Counted from the stretch's first letter, positions 18,658 through 28,894 are shown. The stretch: 64,000 nt of DNA from an uncultured Planctomycetales bacterium (GCA_964637165.1 CAZWVI010000001.1:28488-92487), one strand, 5' to 3'. Notes: generated by a model from the letters alone, not told the origin. Translations and numbers: made by a program.

Positions 18658-19635
18658 ATGAAGGACGCCATTGAATTAATTCAAAGTTCGAAAAGCATAA
18701 TCGTTTCGGGGCATCTCCGCGCTGACGGCGATTGCTTGGGCACTGAAAGTGTTGTTTACCATTTGTGTAAGGCACTCGGTAAGAAGGTGAGGATTATTAA
18801 TCCTGACCAACCAGACTCACGATACTCAAATTTGTATGAACATACGCCTTATGAGGTCTGGACTGACGGTGCGGAATTGCCTGAACACGACCTTTTCATT
18901 GTGTGCGACTGTGCCGTTCCTGAGCGTTTAGGCGAGCTTGCCCTTGAAGTCGAAAAAGGTTCTGCCAAGCGACTAGTGATTGATCATCATCCGATGACCG
19001 CAGACGATGCCAGATACTGGGACGTGCTCATGCACGACCACACGGCCGCCGCGAGTGGAATTTTAGCCATGCGTCTTGTCGATGGTCTGAATGTTGATTT
19101 GCCGATCGCGGCCTTAGAAGCTTGCTTTGTGGCGATTGCTGCGGATACAGGTTGGTTCAAATATTCAAATGCCAATACAGAGGCGTGGCAGTGCGCAGCT
19201 CGTTTAGTTGCCGCCGGCGTAATTCCAGACGTGCTGTTTAGAACAAATTACCAGCAGGCTGAGCAAACCCACGCGCGCGGTGTGTCGGTGGCTTTAAAGG
19301 AAGTGAGATCATTTGCTGGCGGCCGTGCAATGCTTTCCAACATGACCCAAGCAGATCTCCTAGCTGCAAATGCTAGTCTCGACGATTCCGATGATGTCCT
19401 AGACTTAATGCGCGCTACCGGAAAAGTAGAAGTCGTCGCTTTTGTTTATGAACGTGAAGATGGCGTTGTCAAAGCGAGTTTACGCAGCAAAGAATTCGTT
19501 GACGTGTGCGCAATCGCCAAGGTGGTTGGCGGCGGTGGCCATGAACGCGCATCTGGAATGACCTTTGAACCCTCGGTTTCAATTGAAGATGCAGTGACTG
19601 TCTTGGAAGAATTGATAGGTAAAGCACTTGCCTAA
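18658..19635 (+). CDS. DHH/DHHA1-family phosphoesterase (NrnA-like oligoribonuclease/pAp phosphatase)
   Basis: Shows GHLRADGDCLG, IDHHP and the DHHA1 GGGGHERASG motif. Confidence 0.8.
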   Translation: MKDAIELIQSSKSIIVSGHLRADGDCLGTESVVYHLCKALGKKVRIINPDQPDSRYSNLYEHTPYEVWTDGAELPEHDLFIVCDCAVPERLGELALEVEKGSAKRLVIDHHPMTADDARYWDVLMHDHTAAASGILAMRLVDGLNVDLPIAALEACFVAIAADTGWFKYSNANTEAWQCAARLVAAGVIPDVLFRTNYQQAEQTHARGVSVALKEVRSFAGGRAMLSNMTQADLLAANASLDDSDDVLDLMRATGKVEVVAFVYEREDGVVKASLRSKEFVDVCAIAKVVGGGGHERASGMTFEPSVSIEDAVTVLEELIGKALA

Positions 19636-19644
19636 TTGGCAAGT

Positions 19645-20568
19645 TCAGGCTCTTAAGGATTCTTTACGTTTCACTAATCCCAGTAAGGCATAGCGTGCCA
19701 ACTTGGGATTTTTGCGTAGTCGTCGCTGAACATACGGTAGCCATTGACCTCCAAATGGAATGTAAACTCTTACCTTAATTCCAGCATCACGGCATTTGAC
19801 GCGCAAGTCTTCCCCAACTCCAAGTAACATTTGAATTTCACAGCGAGATTTCCATTCTGGGTTTTTCTCCAAAATAATAAGCAGTTCATCAACTAGCGCT
19901 GAGTCGTGGGTGGCCGCGCCAACAAAGCCTCCGCCGGCAAGAATGGCCGAAGTATTTCTAATGAATGAATTATTTACCTCGGCTGGATTTTGAAAAGCGA
20001 TAGATTCTGGCTCCAAGTAAATGCCCTTAACCATTCGCACATTCAATGGATCACTCGACTTTAATAAATTGGCCACATCATTATCAGTGCGTTTTAACAT
20101 GGACTGTAAAACACAACCCGTTGCATTTCCAAACTTTTCTCGAAGCCGTTGATAAACCCGTAAAGTGGCATCAGTAGTGGGAGCGTCCTCCATCTCAAAT
20201 CTTAAAAAACCATTATGTTGAATAATTGCTTTAAGAATTTCGGCAATGGACTGATAACACAAATCTTCATTAACTAACAAACCCATCTGCGTTGGCTTGC
20301 ATGACATATTTAATTCTAAATCATGTTCAATAATTGCCTCGGCCATTTTTAGATAATCGTAAACGGTGGCAGTTACGTCATCTTTGTCAGCAACAGCTTC
20401 ACCCAAAATGTCAAAAGTTAGTTGATAATTGTTAGTTGCCAAACGCTTTCCAAGCAAAAGCGCCTCGTCAAGTGTGGCACCGGCCACGTAGCGGCCACCC
20501 AATTTTCGCAAAATTGGCTTGGGGACAAGGTGCATGGTCGCGACGAAGAATTGATCGAGAAGATTCAC
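19645..20568 (-). CDS. Proline dehydrogenase family protein (monofunctional PutA-like)
   Basis: Shows LRFEMEDAPTTD, VRMVKGIY, AATHD, EIQMLLGVGEDL and RVYIPFGGQWLPYVQRRLRKNP. Confidence 0.75.
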   Translation of the reverse strand: MNLLDQFFVATMHLVPKPILRKLGGRYVAGATLDEALLLGKRLATNNYQLTFDILGEAVADKDDVTATVYDYLKMAEAIIEHDLELNMSCKPTQMGLLVNEDLCYQSIAEILKAIIQHNGFLRFEMEDAPTTDATLRVYQRLREKFGNATGCVLQSMLKRTDNDVANLLKSSDPLNVRMVKGIYLEPESIAFQNPAEVNNSFIRNTSAILAGGGFVGAATHDSALVDELLIILEKNPEWKSRCEIQMLLGVGEDLRVKCRDAGIKVRVYIPFGGQWLPYVQRRLRKNPKLARYALLGLVKRKESLRA

Positions 20569-20624
20569 GGGTAGGATTGCATGTGGGGATTGCTTAGGAT
20601 TTAGGGTGTTAACTGGTCAAACCA

Positions 20625-22151
20625 ATGCGCACGCTAATTCAGGCTTTTAATTCTAACCCTCGCCAGCGACTTCTACTAGGTTTGCTGTTGGGGCTAGGGT
20701 CTGCATTTTTGCCGGGCATTAATCAACTTGAGTATTCGGCCAGAGCGACCATGGCTATTTTGGTTCTAACCGCTTGGTGTTGGCTTAGCATGGCCTTGCC
20801 TTTGCCAATTGCCTCTTTGTTGCCGGCCTTATTACTTCCCGCTGCTGGCGTGATGTCTGCCCGAGAAGTCGCCCCGCTTTATTTTCAGGATATCCTAATG
20901 CTTTTCCTGGGCGGTTTCATTCTCGCCCTAGCTCTGGAGTTGCATGGCCTTCATCGCCGCTTTGCACTACGTGCACTTTCCTTTTTTGGCAATCAACCGC
21001 GCCGGGTGGTGCTCGGATTTATGGTGGCCTCTGCTGGATTAAGCATGTTTGTTTCAAACACTAGTACGGCGATTTTAATGCTTCCGGTTGCTCTGGCAGT
21101 TATCGATGGTTGTAGTAAAGACAATTCAAAAAAACTTGCACCACCACTATTGCTCGGCATTGCCTATGCCTGTTCAATCGGTGGAGTCGGCACTCCTATT
21201 GGAACTGCACCCAACAGTGTGCTAATTGGCCAAACCGCCGACAAATTCCCCAATGCACCCGAACTCGGTTTTGGAACATGGATGATTGGCACTCTGCCAT
21301 TCATCGTTTGTTTTCTATTTTGCGCTTGGCTGGTTTTAACCAGAGTCGCCTGGCGATTACCGAAGGAGGGATTTCCTGGTCTCAGCAAACTTCTTGCAGA
21401 GCGCAAATCTTTGCCAACTCGTAATGCCGCACAAAATAAAGTAGCCGGCATTTTTATCTTTGTAGCACTTGCCTGGATAACTCGCCAAGGGGCTGACTTT
21501 GGTGAGGTTTCAATTCCCGGTTGGCAAAAACTTCTCCCGCTAAACATTTCAGCCACAATTTCTGATGCCACCGTTGCCTTGCTCGGAGTGGTGGCACTTT
21601 TTTCTTTCAGTGACAATGACTCCAAGCCCTTAATTAAGTGGGAAGATTGTCGCGCTCTGCCGTGGGGGGTGCTGTTGCTACTTGGCGGCGGCTTTGCCTT
21701 AGCCAAAGCTTGTGAAGTTAGTGGTCTCTCTCAAGCTGCCGGTGAAGCACTTGGGCAACTAGTGGCTAATTCCAGTCCCGTAGCTGCAGTGTTTATAGTT
21801 AGCTTAGTGGTTACATTTTTAACCGAGATAACATCAAATACCGCAACTATAAACCTAATCCTACCATTACTTTTTTCAACTTCAGTCGCCGCTGGTCTGC
21901 ACCCAATGATGCTTGCTGTTCCGGCCACGATGGCCGTTTCCTGTGCTTTCATGTTGCCAGTGGCAACTCCACCAAACGCTATCCTCTTTGGCTCAGGACG
22001 GCTACGCATCGGCCAGATGGCCCGCGCCGGTTTTTTACTAAACCTATTGACGGCCATACTCGTAACAATATTTGCGCTATCCTGGACATTGCCAAAGTGG
22101 GATTACGATATTGATGAAATTCCAAGTTGGTCCACAACGGCTGAGCGTTAA
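20625..22151 (+). CDS. DASS/SLC13-family anion:sodium symporter
   Basis: Polytopic protein with the two hairpin SNT motifs typical of the family (VSNTSTAILMLPVA and ITSNTATINLILPL). Confidence 0.8.
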   Translation: MRTLIQAFNSNPRQRLLLGLLLGLGSAFLPGINQLEYSARATMAILVLTAWCWLSMALPLPIASLLPALLLPAAGVMSAREVAPLYFQDILMLFLGGFILALALELHGLHRRFALRALSFFGNQPRRVVLGFMVASAGLSMFVSNTSTAILMLPVALAVIDGCSKDNSKKLAPPLLLGIAYACSIGGVGTPIGTAPNSVLIGQTADKFPNAPELGFGTWMIGTLPFIVCFLFCAWLVLTRVAWRLPKEGFPGLSKLLAERKSLPTRNAAQNKVAGIFIFVALAWITRQGADFGEVSIPGWQKLLPLNISATISDATVALLGVVALFSFSDNDSKPLIKWEDCRALPWGVLLLLGGGFALAKACEVSGLSQAAGEALGQLVANSSPVAAVFIVSLVVTFLTEITSNTATINLILPLLFSTSVAAGLHPMMLAVPATMAVSCAFMLPVATPPNAILFGSGRLRIGQMARAGFLLNLLTAILVTIFALSWTLPKWDYDIDEIPSWSTTAER

Positions 22152-22159
22152 ACTTTTGC

Positions 22160-23569
22160 ATGCCTGAATTAAGCATCACCATTCCGAAGAAGCTTCGCGC
22201 GCTACTTGCTAGCGCGGGTTTGATGGTGTTGTTTGCATTCAATGCGTGCGCGCCTTCTCGGGAACTTGAGTTAGATTTGATTCTAGTTTCGATTGACACT
22301 TTGCGTGCTGACCGCCTTGGAATTTACGCGGCCGATCGTTCGCCAGAAGGGGATTCGCGCAGTAAATTTACTATTCCGTGGTTGGCCGAGCAGGGCACTA
22401 CTTGGGAAAACTGTTGGTCGTCTGCGGGAAAGACAGTGCCATCGCTTGGAAGTTTTTTTACCGGACTTGAGCCGCTCGAACACGGTGCCTTTTCACATTT
22501 GACTCCAGTTCAAGCACCGAGTTTAATAAGTCAACTTAAAGCTAAGGGGTATCGGACAATCGGGCGCGCAGCGAATCGATTGCTCGGTTCTGAACTCGGT
22601 TTTGATCGTGGCTTTGATGATTATGGAATTCGTCCACGTGAATACGAGCCAAGAGTTGCCTCCGAACTACTTGACCTTAGCCAAAGTTCAATAAACGAGG
22701 ACAAGCCTCTGTTGATGTGGGCCCATTTCATGGCGCCGCACCAACCATACGAGCCACCAGGTCGTTATGACCGCTGGTCGCGACCCGAATGCAGAGTGGT
22801 GGCAGATAATTCCTTGTTAAACCGTTTACATAGAAATCCCAACGGCTTAGACAGAGAACTCCTTGCTGATATCCAAAACCGCTACGATGGCGAAGTTGCC
22901 TATGCTAGTGATATGTTGCGCGGGCTACTCGCAGGGCTTGACCGCCAATATCAGGAAGCTGGCCGCGGCACTCTTTTGGAGAATGCGGTGGTGGTGTTTT
23001 TCTCAGACCATGGCGAAGAGCTTGGAGACAGAAATGCCTATTTCATGCACGCCAAGAGTCTCTATTCGGGAGTTGTTCGAGTGCCATTGGTTATCGCTGG
23101 CCCTGGTTTTGCAAGCAATCAACGTGCCGCAACAATCGCCCTCCAAGATTTGTTGCCAATGGTGATGCAGCGAATGAAACTAAGCGACCAGCAAGCACGT
23201 CCAGCTCGGGAGTTCTATGTCAGTTCTTGGATGCGTGATTATTATTCTTTACGTAATGAACAATGGACCTTGGTCCATTCGCCTAGTCCCGACCGTGGCC
23301 TTGGGCCTAAAGAACCGCCACCGGGCGTTTATGCCTATCCAAGTGTTGCCCTTTTTGACCGCCAACAAGACCCTCTTGAAAAGCGCGATGTTGCTGCACA
23401 AAATCCTGAAGTAGTTCAGCAACTTCAGAATCAACTTTGTGATTGGTTTGGTGCCTTAAAAATAGTTGAGCCAAAATTCCTTTCTGGTGTCAATCCGGAA
23501 ATGCTTGAGGAACTCGGTTACGCTGAAATTGTAGAGGATCAAAAGTTAAGCCCTCAAAGGCCAAAGTAA
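22160..23569 (+). CDS. Sulfatase-like (alkaline-phosphatase superfamily) lipoprotein with Thr at the nucleophile position
   Basis: Lipobox FAFNAC. N-terminal metal motif SIDTLRADRLG. GKTVPSLGSFFTG occupies the position of the sulfatase C-x-P-S-R motif. FFSDHGEELG is also present. Confidence 0.75.
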   Translation: MPELSITIPKKLRALLASAGLMVLFAFNACAPSRELELDLILVSIDTLRADRLGIYAADRSPEGDSRSKFTIPWLAEQGTTWENCWSSAGKTVPSLGSFFTGLEPLEHGAFSHLTPVQAPSLISQLKAKGYRTIGRAANRLLGSELGFDRGFDDYGIRPREYEPRVASELLDLSQSSINEDKPLLMWAHFMAPHQPYEPPGRYDRWSRPECRVVADNSLLNRLHRNPNGLDRELLADIQNRYDGEVAYASDMLRGLLAGLDRQYQEAGRGTLLENAVVVFFSDHGEELGDRNAYFMHAKSLYSGVVRVPLVIAGPGFASNQRAATIALQDLLPMVMQRMKLSDQQARPAREFYVSSWMRDYYSLRNEQWTLVHSPSPDRGLGPKEPPPGVYAYPSVALFDRQQDPLEKRDVAAQNPEVVQQLQNQLCDWFGALKIVEPKFLSGVNPEMLEELGYAEIVEDQKLSPQRPK

Positions 23570-25200
23570 TGCGGAATAAAGCGCCACTTTGGGAATCGTT
23601 GATATTACTTTTATTAGTGGCGGCGGTTCTCATACCCGGAGGAGAAATAGTAAGGGCTTCCTACCATTCTTATCTGCACGCTGGCGTTGGAGAAGCCGTG
23701 CTCAACCATGGCCTCCAACCGGAGAATCCCTACCATGCAAATTCAGCTCTGCGCTATTACACCTTGTATCCGGCACTCGGAGTATGGTTAGGCAGTTTTG
23801 GGATTGGCGCGGTTTGGGGATTTTGTTTAATAAATATTATTGCGGCACTTTTGTTTGCGCCGTCGCTCGACAGCTTCGGCCGTGCTTTAGGCTTAAGTTG
23901 GCGCGCCCGCAGATGTAGTTTTTGGGCGGTCTTGTTGGGTTTTAATGGCATCGGTTGGCTCGGTGTATTTTGGCCGGCAACAACGGGGCAATTAGCCGAC
24001 TCCTTGAGCCCGGTAATGTCTCTGGCTGAAATGACCATGCGCGGTCACGTATTTCATTGGGATCAACGCTTGCAGGCATTCTTGCCCAAATTTTTAAATG
24101 TCTCTAGTTTTGCAATAGCCTTGCCTTTTTCGTTATGGGCGATGTCGGCAACATTAAGCGAAAAGCGGCGCAATTATTTGTCGGCAATTTTGCCAGCAGC
24201 TCTTTCCTTAGCTTTCAATCCATTGGTCGGAGTTTTTACCGGAATTTGCATGGTGGTGTTTTTGGGGATTCGTTTTTCTCAGGAAAAGTCATTGCGCAAT
24301 ATCGCCAGCTGGTTTGCGGCAGGCATTGCGGCGCTGGTATTGGCCTTGCCGTTTTTATTGCCGGCCTTTAATCTTGGCGGCGAAGCAGGTCGCCAAGTGC
24401 AAGTAGCGCTTGGGGGCAACCCATTGGGGAACTTCTTTGGCCCGCTTTTACTGCTCCTTCCGTTAGGGCTAATCGGTTTAAGAGAATTGTCAGCTCCTGC
24501 ACGCGCCCGACTACTGGTGGCAATCACACTGTCTGCCGGGTTGCTCCTGTTCGGGAATTTCCCGTGGGGTAATGAATATAAATTTGCGCGTCTAGGCGGA
24601 ATTTTTTGGGCAATTGCTGCAGGGGCAATCCTGGCCAATTGGTGGGAGTCAAAGCGCCCCGTGGTTCTTGGCTTAATCATATTATGTATACCCACAACCG
24701 CCTTTTCGATTAATGCCTATTGGGAATGGGGGAATTCTTCTCTAAGTAGCCCGATAGTTTTGAAAGATGGACAATTGCAGGCCGGTGCTCAATTCGATCA
24801 TATAAATCCCTTAATTGAAGCGCTTCAGGCGGGCGATAAGCAGGCAGTTTTGATTGCTGCGCCAGACTTGTTTTCTCAAGCAAATGTAAACGCCGTCCAG
24901 GGTAATCCAATTGCTTGCCTTGTGCCTCAAACGCTAGCGGTTGATTTGCTACACGTTCACAATGAAGGGCAGATTGATTTGCCGGCGCGGTTGAAAGTGA
25001 TGGCCACTTTGATGCACGGTGATAATGCAAGTAAGGCAGAGGCATTACAGTTATTTAGAAGTAATTTTTCAGGGCGTAGCATTTATTTAATAATGGAGGG
25101 GTCGCCTGGAGTTGAGGAAATTCTGCGAAATGCTGATGGCACCAAACTGATTAAGGGGTCGCTTATGTTGTGGCATTTCCAAGCGGTGGACGGAAACTAA
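23569..25200 (+). CDS. Polytopic integral membrane protein, function unknown (start overlaps the sulfatase-like stop, TAATG)
   Basis: At least 10 hydrophobic segments, followed by a ~150-aa soluble C-terminal region. No catalytic motif recognised. Confidence 0.6.
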   Translation: MRNKAPLWESLILLLLVAAVLIPGGEIVRASYHSYLHAGVGEAVLNHGLQPENPYHANSALRYYTLYPALGVWLGSFGIGAVWGFCLINIIAALLFAPSLDSFGRALGLSWRARRCSFWAVLLGFNGIGWLGVFWPATTGQLADSLSPVMSLAEMTMRGHVFHWDQRLQAFLPKFLNVSSFAIALPFSLWAMSATLSEKRRNYLSAILPAALSLAFNPLVGVFTGICMVVFLGIRFSQEKSLRNIASWFAAGIAALVLALPFLLPAFNLGGEAGRQVQVALGGNPLGNFFGPLLLLLPLGLIGLRELSAPARARLLVAITLSAGLLLFGNFPWGNEYKFARLGGIFWAIAAGAILANWWESKRPVVLGLIILCIPTTAFSINAYWEWGNSSLSSPIVLKDGQLQAGAQFDHINPLIEALQAGDKQAVLIAAPDLFSQANVNAVQGNPIACLVPQTLAVDLLHVHNEGQIDLPARLKVMATLMHGDNASKAEALQLFRSNFSGRSIYLIMEGSPGVEEILRNADGTKLIKGSLMLWHFQAVDGN

Positions 25201-26671
25201 CGGCACGGATAATTGCCGATTGATCTACTTCATCTTGGTCGGCTAAATCCGCAATCGTGCGTGCGACGCGCAAGCATCGCAGACTCGCTCGACCGCTGAA
25301 TAATAATCTGTCGGCGGCATCTCGTAGACGTGTTTGAGCCGTAGCTTGAACTCCGCTCTCGAGTAACTGTTTTAAACTCATATCCGAAGCCGGGCCAGGT
25401 AAGCCGGCCGCAATTCTCTTGTCATGAATGATGAGCGCAGATTTGATTCTTGATAAGGCTGCCGCTTGTAGTGGTGGAGTCGGTTTTGCATAGAGCACTT
25501 CGGGGTTTATTGGACCCATCTCTACAAACAAGTCAAAGCGGTCAAGCAGAGGTCCGCTGGTTCGGTTTAAGTAACGATGCGCGGCGAGACTTGTACATTT
25601 ACAACCAATCTTTGGGTGAGTCGCAAAACCACAAGGACATGGATTGCGCGCGGCAATCAACAAGATGTTAGCCGGAAATCGAGCCACTGAACTTGCTCGT
25701 TGAAGACGCACTTCACGATCTTCAAGGGGTTGTCTAAGCCCTTCCAAAATAGGTCGGGCAAACTCAGGTAATTCGTCTAAAAACAGCACCCCGTTGTGCG
25801 CTCGTGAAAGTTCCCCAGGCCTTAACGGGGAACCACCGCCAAGAATGCCTTGGGCGGAGGTGCTTGAATGTGGTGCCCGAAAAGGTGCCATGCGCGGCAA
25901 CTTGGGGACTTGTCCGAGGCAAGCTTCAACCTGAGCGACAGCTAATGCTTGATCATGACGCAATAACGGCAATAGGCCACGAACTCTTTTGGCCAATAGA
26001 CTTTTTCCAGTGCCAGGAGGACCTTGCAATAACAAATGATGTCGTCCACACGCTGCAATTATTGCCGCTTCGCGCGCTTGTTCCTGGCCACGAACATCCT
26101 CAAGTAATATGTCGCTATTGTTTGTTGTTAAGAAATCACTTTGACTACTTATCCACTCACTGGTCAGTGGGTTTTCAATTATGCGAATGGCACTAGCGAG
26201 GTCGCTGGCGGGGTAGGCCTTTATCCCCGGCGCTAGAGCTGCTTCGGGGGCACTTTCTGGAGCGGTAATAATTCCGCGAAAATCTTCCGCGGCGGCCATT
26301 GCCGCCAAGAGGGTGCCGCGCGCCGGTGGGCGAATTTCTCCATTGAGGCCAAGCTCTCCCAAACACAACCACTTCCCTTTGGGGCATTCAGTTTGCTCGC
26401 TCGAAATAATTAAAGAAATGGCCAGTGCCAAGTCTTGAGGCATTCCGCCCTTGCGCAATTCGGCAGGTGCCAAGTTAAACAATATTTTCCCTTTGGGGAA
26501 TTTGAATCCCTGACTGGCCAATGCTGAGGGTAAACGGTCACGCGCCTCACGCGTGACATTGTCTACCATGCCAACCACAATTGTCCTATTCAAGCCGCGA
26601 CCCAACAGGGTTTCGACTTTTACAAGCTCAGCATTGCCGTTAATGATTGATGCTCCATAAATGAAGTCCAT
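25163..26671 (-). CDS. comM: YifB/ComM-family Mg-chelatase-like AAA+ ATPase
   Basis: N-terminal Lon-protease-like domain. Walker A LLLQGPPGTGKSLLAKR, Walker B GVLFLDELPEF, and a C-terminal ChlI-like region. Confidence 0.9.
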   Translation of the reverse strand: MDFIYGASIINGNAELVKVETLLGRGLNRTIVVGMVDNVTREARDRLPSALASQGFKFPKGKILFNLAPAELRKGGMPQDLALAISLIISSEQTECPKGKWLCLGELGLNGEIRPPARGTLLAAMAAAEDFRGIITAPESAPEAALAPGIKAYPASDLASAIRIIENPLTSEWISSQSDFLTTNNSDILLEDVRGQEQAREAAIIAACGRHHLLLQGPPGTGKSLLAKRVRGLLPLLRHDQALAVAQVEACLGQVPKLPRMAPFRAPHSSTSAQGILGGGSPLRPGELSRAHNGVLFLDELPEFARPILEGLRQPLEDREVRLQRASSVARFPANILLIAARNPCPCGFATHPKIGCKCTSLAAHRYLNRTSGPLLDRFDLFVEMGPINPEVLYAKPTPPLQAAALSRIKSALIIHDKRIAAGLPGPASDMSLKQLLESGVQATAQTRLRDAADRLLFSGRASLRCLRVARTIADLADQDEVDQSAIIRAVSFRPPLGNATT

Positions 26672-26689
26672 GCATATTTCACGGGTAGC

Positions 26690-28894
26690 TTAGTCTTTGC
26701 TTACGCAATGTTTTGGCCAGAACAAGACTCCATTCTGGGCAGTGGTGAATAAAGGGAGTTGGCGTTTTTCCACAAGTGGCCGAGCAGGTAAAGGTCGGTC
26801 GGCAAAACTGCAGGAGGCCCAAGTCACATCGGCATTACTGGCATCTAATAATTCCGGAAGTCCATCGCTACTAAGGCCATGATGGGGGAGCACTAAAGTT
26901 GTATGCATACTTTTGCCACTACCAGCAGGGGTCGCTTCGATTTTCTTTGCCAGCCACCGCAGCGCCGGTCCTTCTTGGTCGCCGGTCACAATAAGTCGCT
27001 CATTATTCCAATTCAGCTCTAATGCTTGACCTCCGGCATTTCCGTGCGCATCGGCGCTGACTGGTGCATTAAAAATTTTGCCCTCTATTGGTGTTAGGCC
27101 AGTTAACGCCAAACTGCCACCGACTGGCGCACCGATAAAAGCACTTGCCCCAATCTGTTCTAATTGAGCCAACCCACTTAAATGATCGCTATCACCGTGG
27201 CTGGCAACTAAAGACTGGGGCATCCGCCAACGTTTGCGGGCCAGTACTGGTAATAGTTTTTTTCTAATTAATGTTGTTGGCGGAATATGTCGACTGCCAA
27301 AATCAAATAATAAACTTTCCTTGGGCCCGGCCACGATTACCGCCAAGCCGTGACCGACCGGAAGCATCGCCACCCCAGCTGAACTAACTGGCGGAAATAT
27401 TAAGCCCCAAGCAAGTGGCAGCATGACTAAGACCACAATTAATTTCACTTGCGCTTTATTTAATCCCAATAATAAAAGTGCAAGCCACGAAAAACTGGCC
27501 AATCGCCACCACTCAACTTCAGGAATAAATAATGGACTGCCAGCTAAGCCGTCAAGTTTAATCAACAGCCAGTTTTCGATTGCACCCAAATTGTTTAAGC
27601 AAGCTGAAATTAGTTTACAGCAAAAATCTTGGAACTCACCAAGTAGGCCACTACTAAATTTAGGAATTGCTGCTAACCAAGAAAGGATTAAACGAAATGG
27701 AAGGAGTAGTCCTAAGAATGGAGTAAGTAAGACCGACCACGGTTCAATACTTCCCTGCAAGGCATGAAGCCAAGGCGCTGTCGCCAATGATGCGGCCAAT
27801 GATGCTTTCCATATTGTGGAAAAAACGTTCGACCGCTGCTGCTGATTAGATGTCAATAACGCAGCTTTAGGGCGATTTGCCCACAGGAGACCGGCCGTAG
27901 CTGAGTAACTTAAAACTAAGCCTAAATCACCAAGGCGGGGTGGAATGAGCAGGCATTCGCACCATAAGGCCATTGCCCATAAATTGAAACTTGAACAGTT
28001 GCGGCCAGTTGCGCGAATCATATCGCGTAAACAAATAACACTGAATGCGCGCACTACGGCCGGTCTAAACCCGGCGGCAAGGGCCGCGACCGCCAGCGCT
28101 AGCAATCGAATCCAACGAAGCTTCTTTGGTAAGAAAAGTAATAATTTTTTTAACAATAAGTCTAAACACCAAAGATGCATTCCTGAAACGGCCAGCAAGT
28201 GGAGTAGCCCAAGTGCACGATAGTGGTCGTAGCGTTCTAGTGGAACAGTATCCCTTTCGCCAAGCACCAGTGCCCGTGCAAGACCGGCTTCGGCGGGGTC
28301 TAAAACGACATCGAGGCGATCGCGTAGTGCCTGACGAAATTTCGACAACCAACCGATTTTATTAATAGGGCTTGGCTGCTTAGTCGGTAAAGTAATTAAA
28401 TCCTGGACAAAAAATCCAGTGGAAGTGGCGTAGAAATTTCCCAACGCTGAAACCGGTCCGAGTTTTGGTCGTTCTTGCGCCGAAAAAAACAACTCGGCCA
28501 AGGGAGTCTTAATAGTGCCTCGCCATTGTTGGTCATGGTCCCAGCGTACGTCGCGCACCTCGCCTTCAATTGCTATACACTGTTGTTGGTATTGCAGTTG
28601 ATTGGAAGCACGGTAAGTACGCAATTTGGCGAGGCAAAGGACTTCAATCCCCATTAATAAAACGATCGCAAATTTTAATTTATTTGATTTGTGATGGTTG
28701 AGTTGCCAAATAATTAAGGGCAGCAAAATCGCGCTAAAAATCCAACAACCGATGGTCAGCGCCGACTCGCTTGAGCTTCCCTGGTTTAAGCCGCCGCTGG
28801 AGTTGAGACAGGTCCAAAACCCAGTAGCTAGCACAAACGAGAGCGCACCAATTACCGACAAATTGGGCCCCTGTTTAGGCTGTCGGGAGTTCAT
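26690..28894 (-). CDS. comEC: ComEC/Rec2 DNA-internalisation channel protein with a C-terminal metallo-beta-lactamase domain
   Basis: Shows ALVLGERD and LGLLHLLAVSGMHL within a polytopic core, plus an MBL-like SHGDSDHLSG and HHG near the C-terminus. The ATG at 28894 (MNSRQPK...) is preferred over the start at 28966, which would overlap coaD. Confidence 0.85.
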   Translation of the reverse strand: MNSRQPKQGPNLSVIGALSFVLATGFWTCLNSSGGLNQGSSSESALTIGCWIFSAILLPLIIWQLNHHKSNKLKFAIVLLMGIEVLCLAKLRTYRASNQLQYQQQCIAIEGEVRDVRWDHDQQWRGTIKTPLAELFFSAQERPKLGPVSALGNFYATSTGFFVQDLITLPTKQPSPINKIGWLSKFRQALRDRLDVVLDPAEAGLARALVLGERDTVPLERYDHYRALGLLHLLAVSGMHLWCLDLLLKKLLLFLPKKLRWIRLLALAVAALAAGFRPAVVRAFSVICLRDMIRATGRNCSSFNLWAMALWCECLLIPPRLGDLGLVLSYSATAGLLWANRPKAALLTSNQQQRSNVFSTIWKASLAASLATAPWLHALQGSIEPWSVLLTPFLGLLLPFRLILSWLAAIPKFSSGLLGEFQDFCCKLISACLNNLGAIENWLLIKLDGLAGSPLFIPEVEWWRLASFSWLALLLLGLNKAQVKLIVVLVMLPLAWGLIFPPVSSAGVAMLPVGHGLAVIVAGPKESLLFDFGSRHIPPTTLIRKKLLPVLARKRWRMPQSLVASHGDSDHLSGLAQLEQIGASAFIGAPVGGSLALTGLTPIEGKIFNAPVSADAHGNAGGQALELNWNNERLIVTGDQEGPALRWLAKKIEATPAGSGKSMHTTLVLPHHGLSSDGLPELLDASNADVTWASCSFADRPLPARPLVEKRQLPLFTTAQNGVLFWPKHCVSKD

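Noticed and set aside
21164-21706. 180-aa minus-strand ORF inside the DASS transporter gene. Similar long antisense ORFs occur at 11064-11501, 51698-52261 and 53777-54259.
   Set aside because: All are fully nested antisense to CDSs with clear family motifs. None has a start context, signal or motif of its own, and their R/S/P-rich composition is typical of frame shadows.
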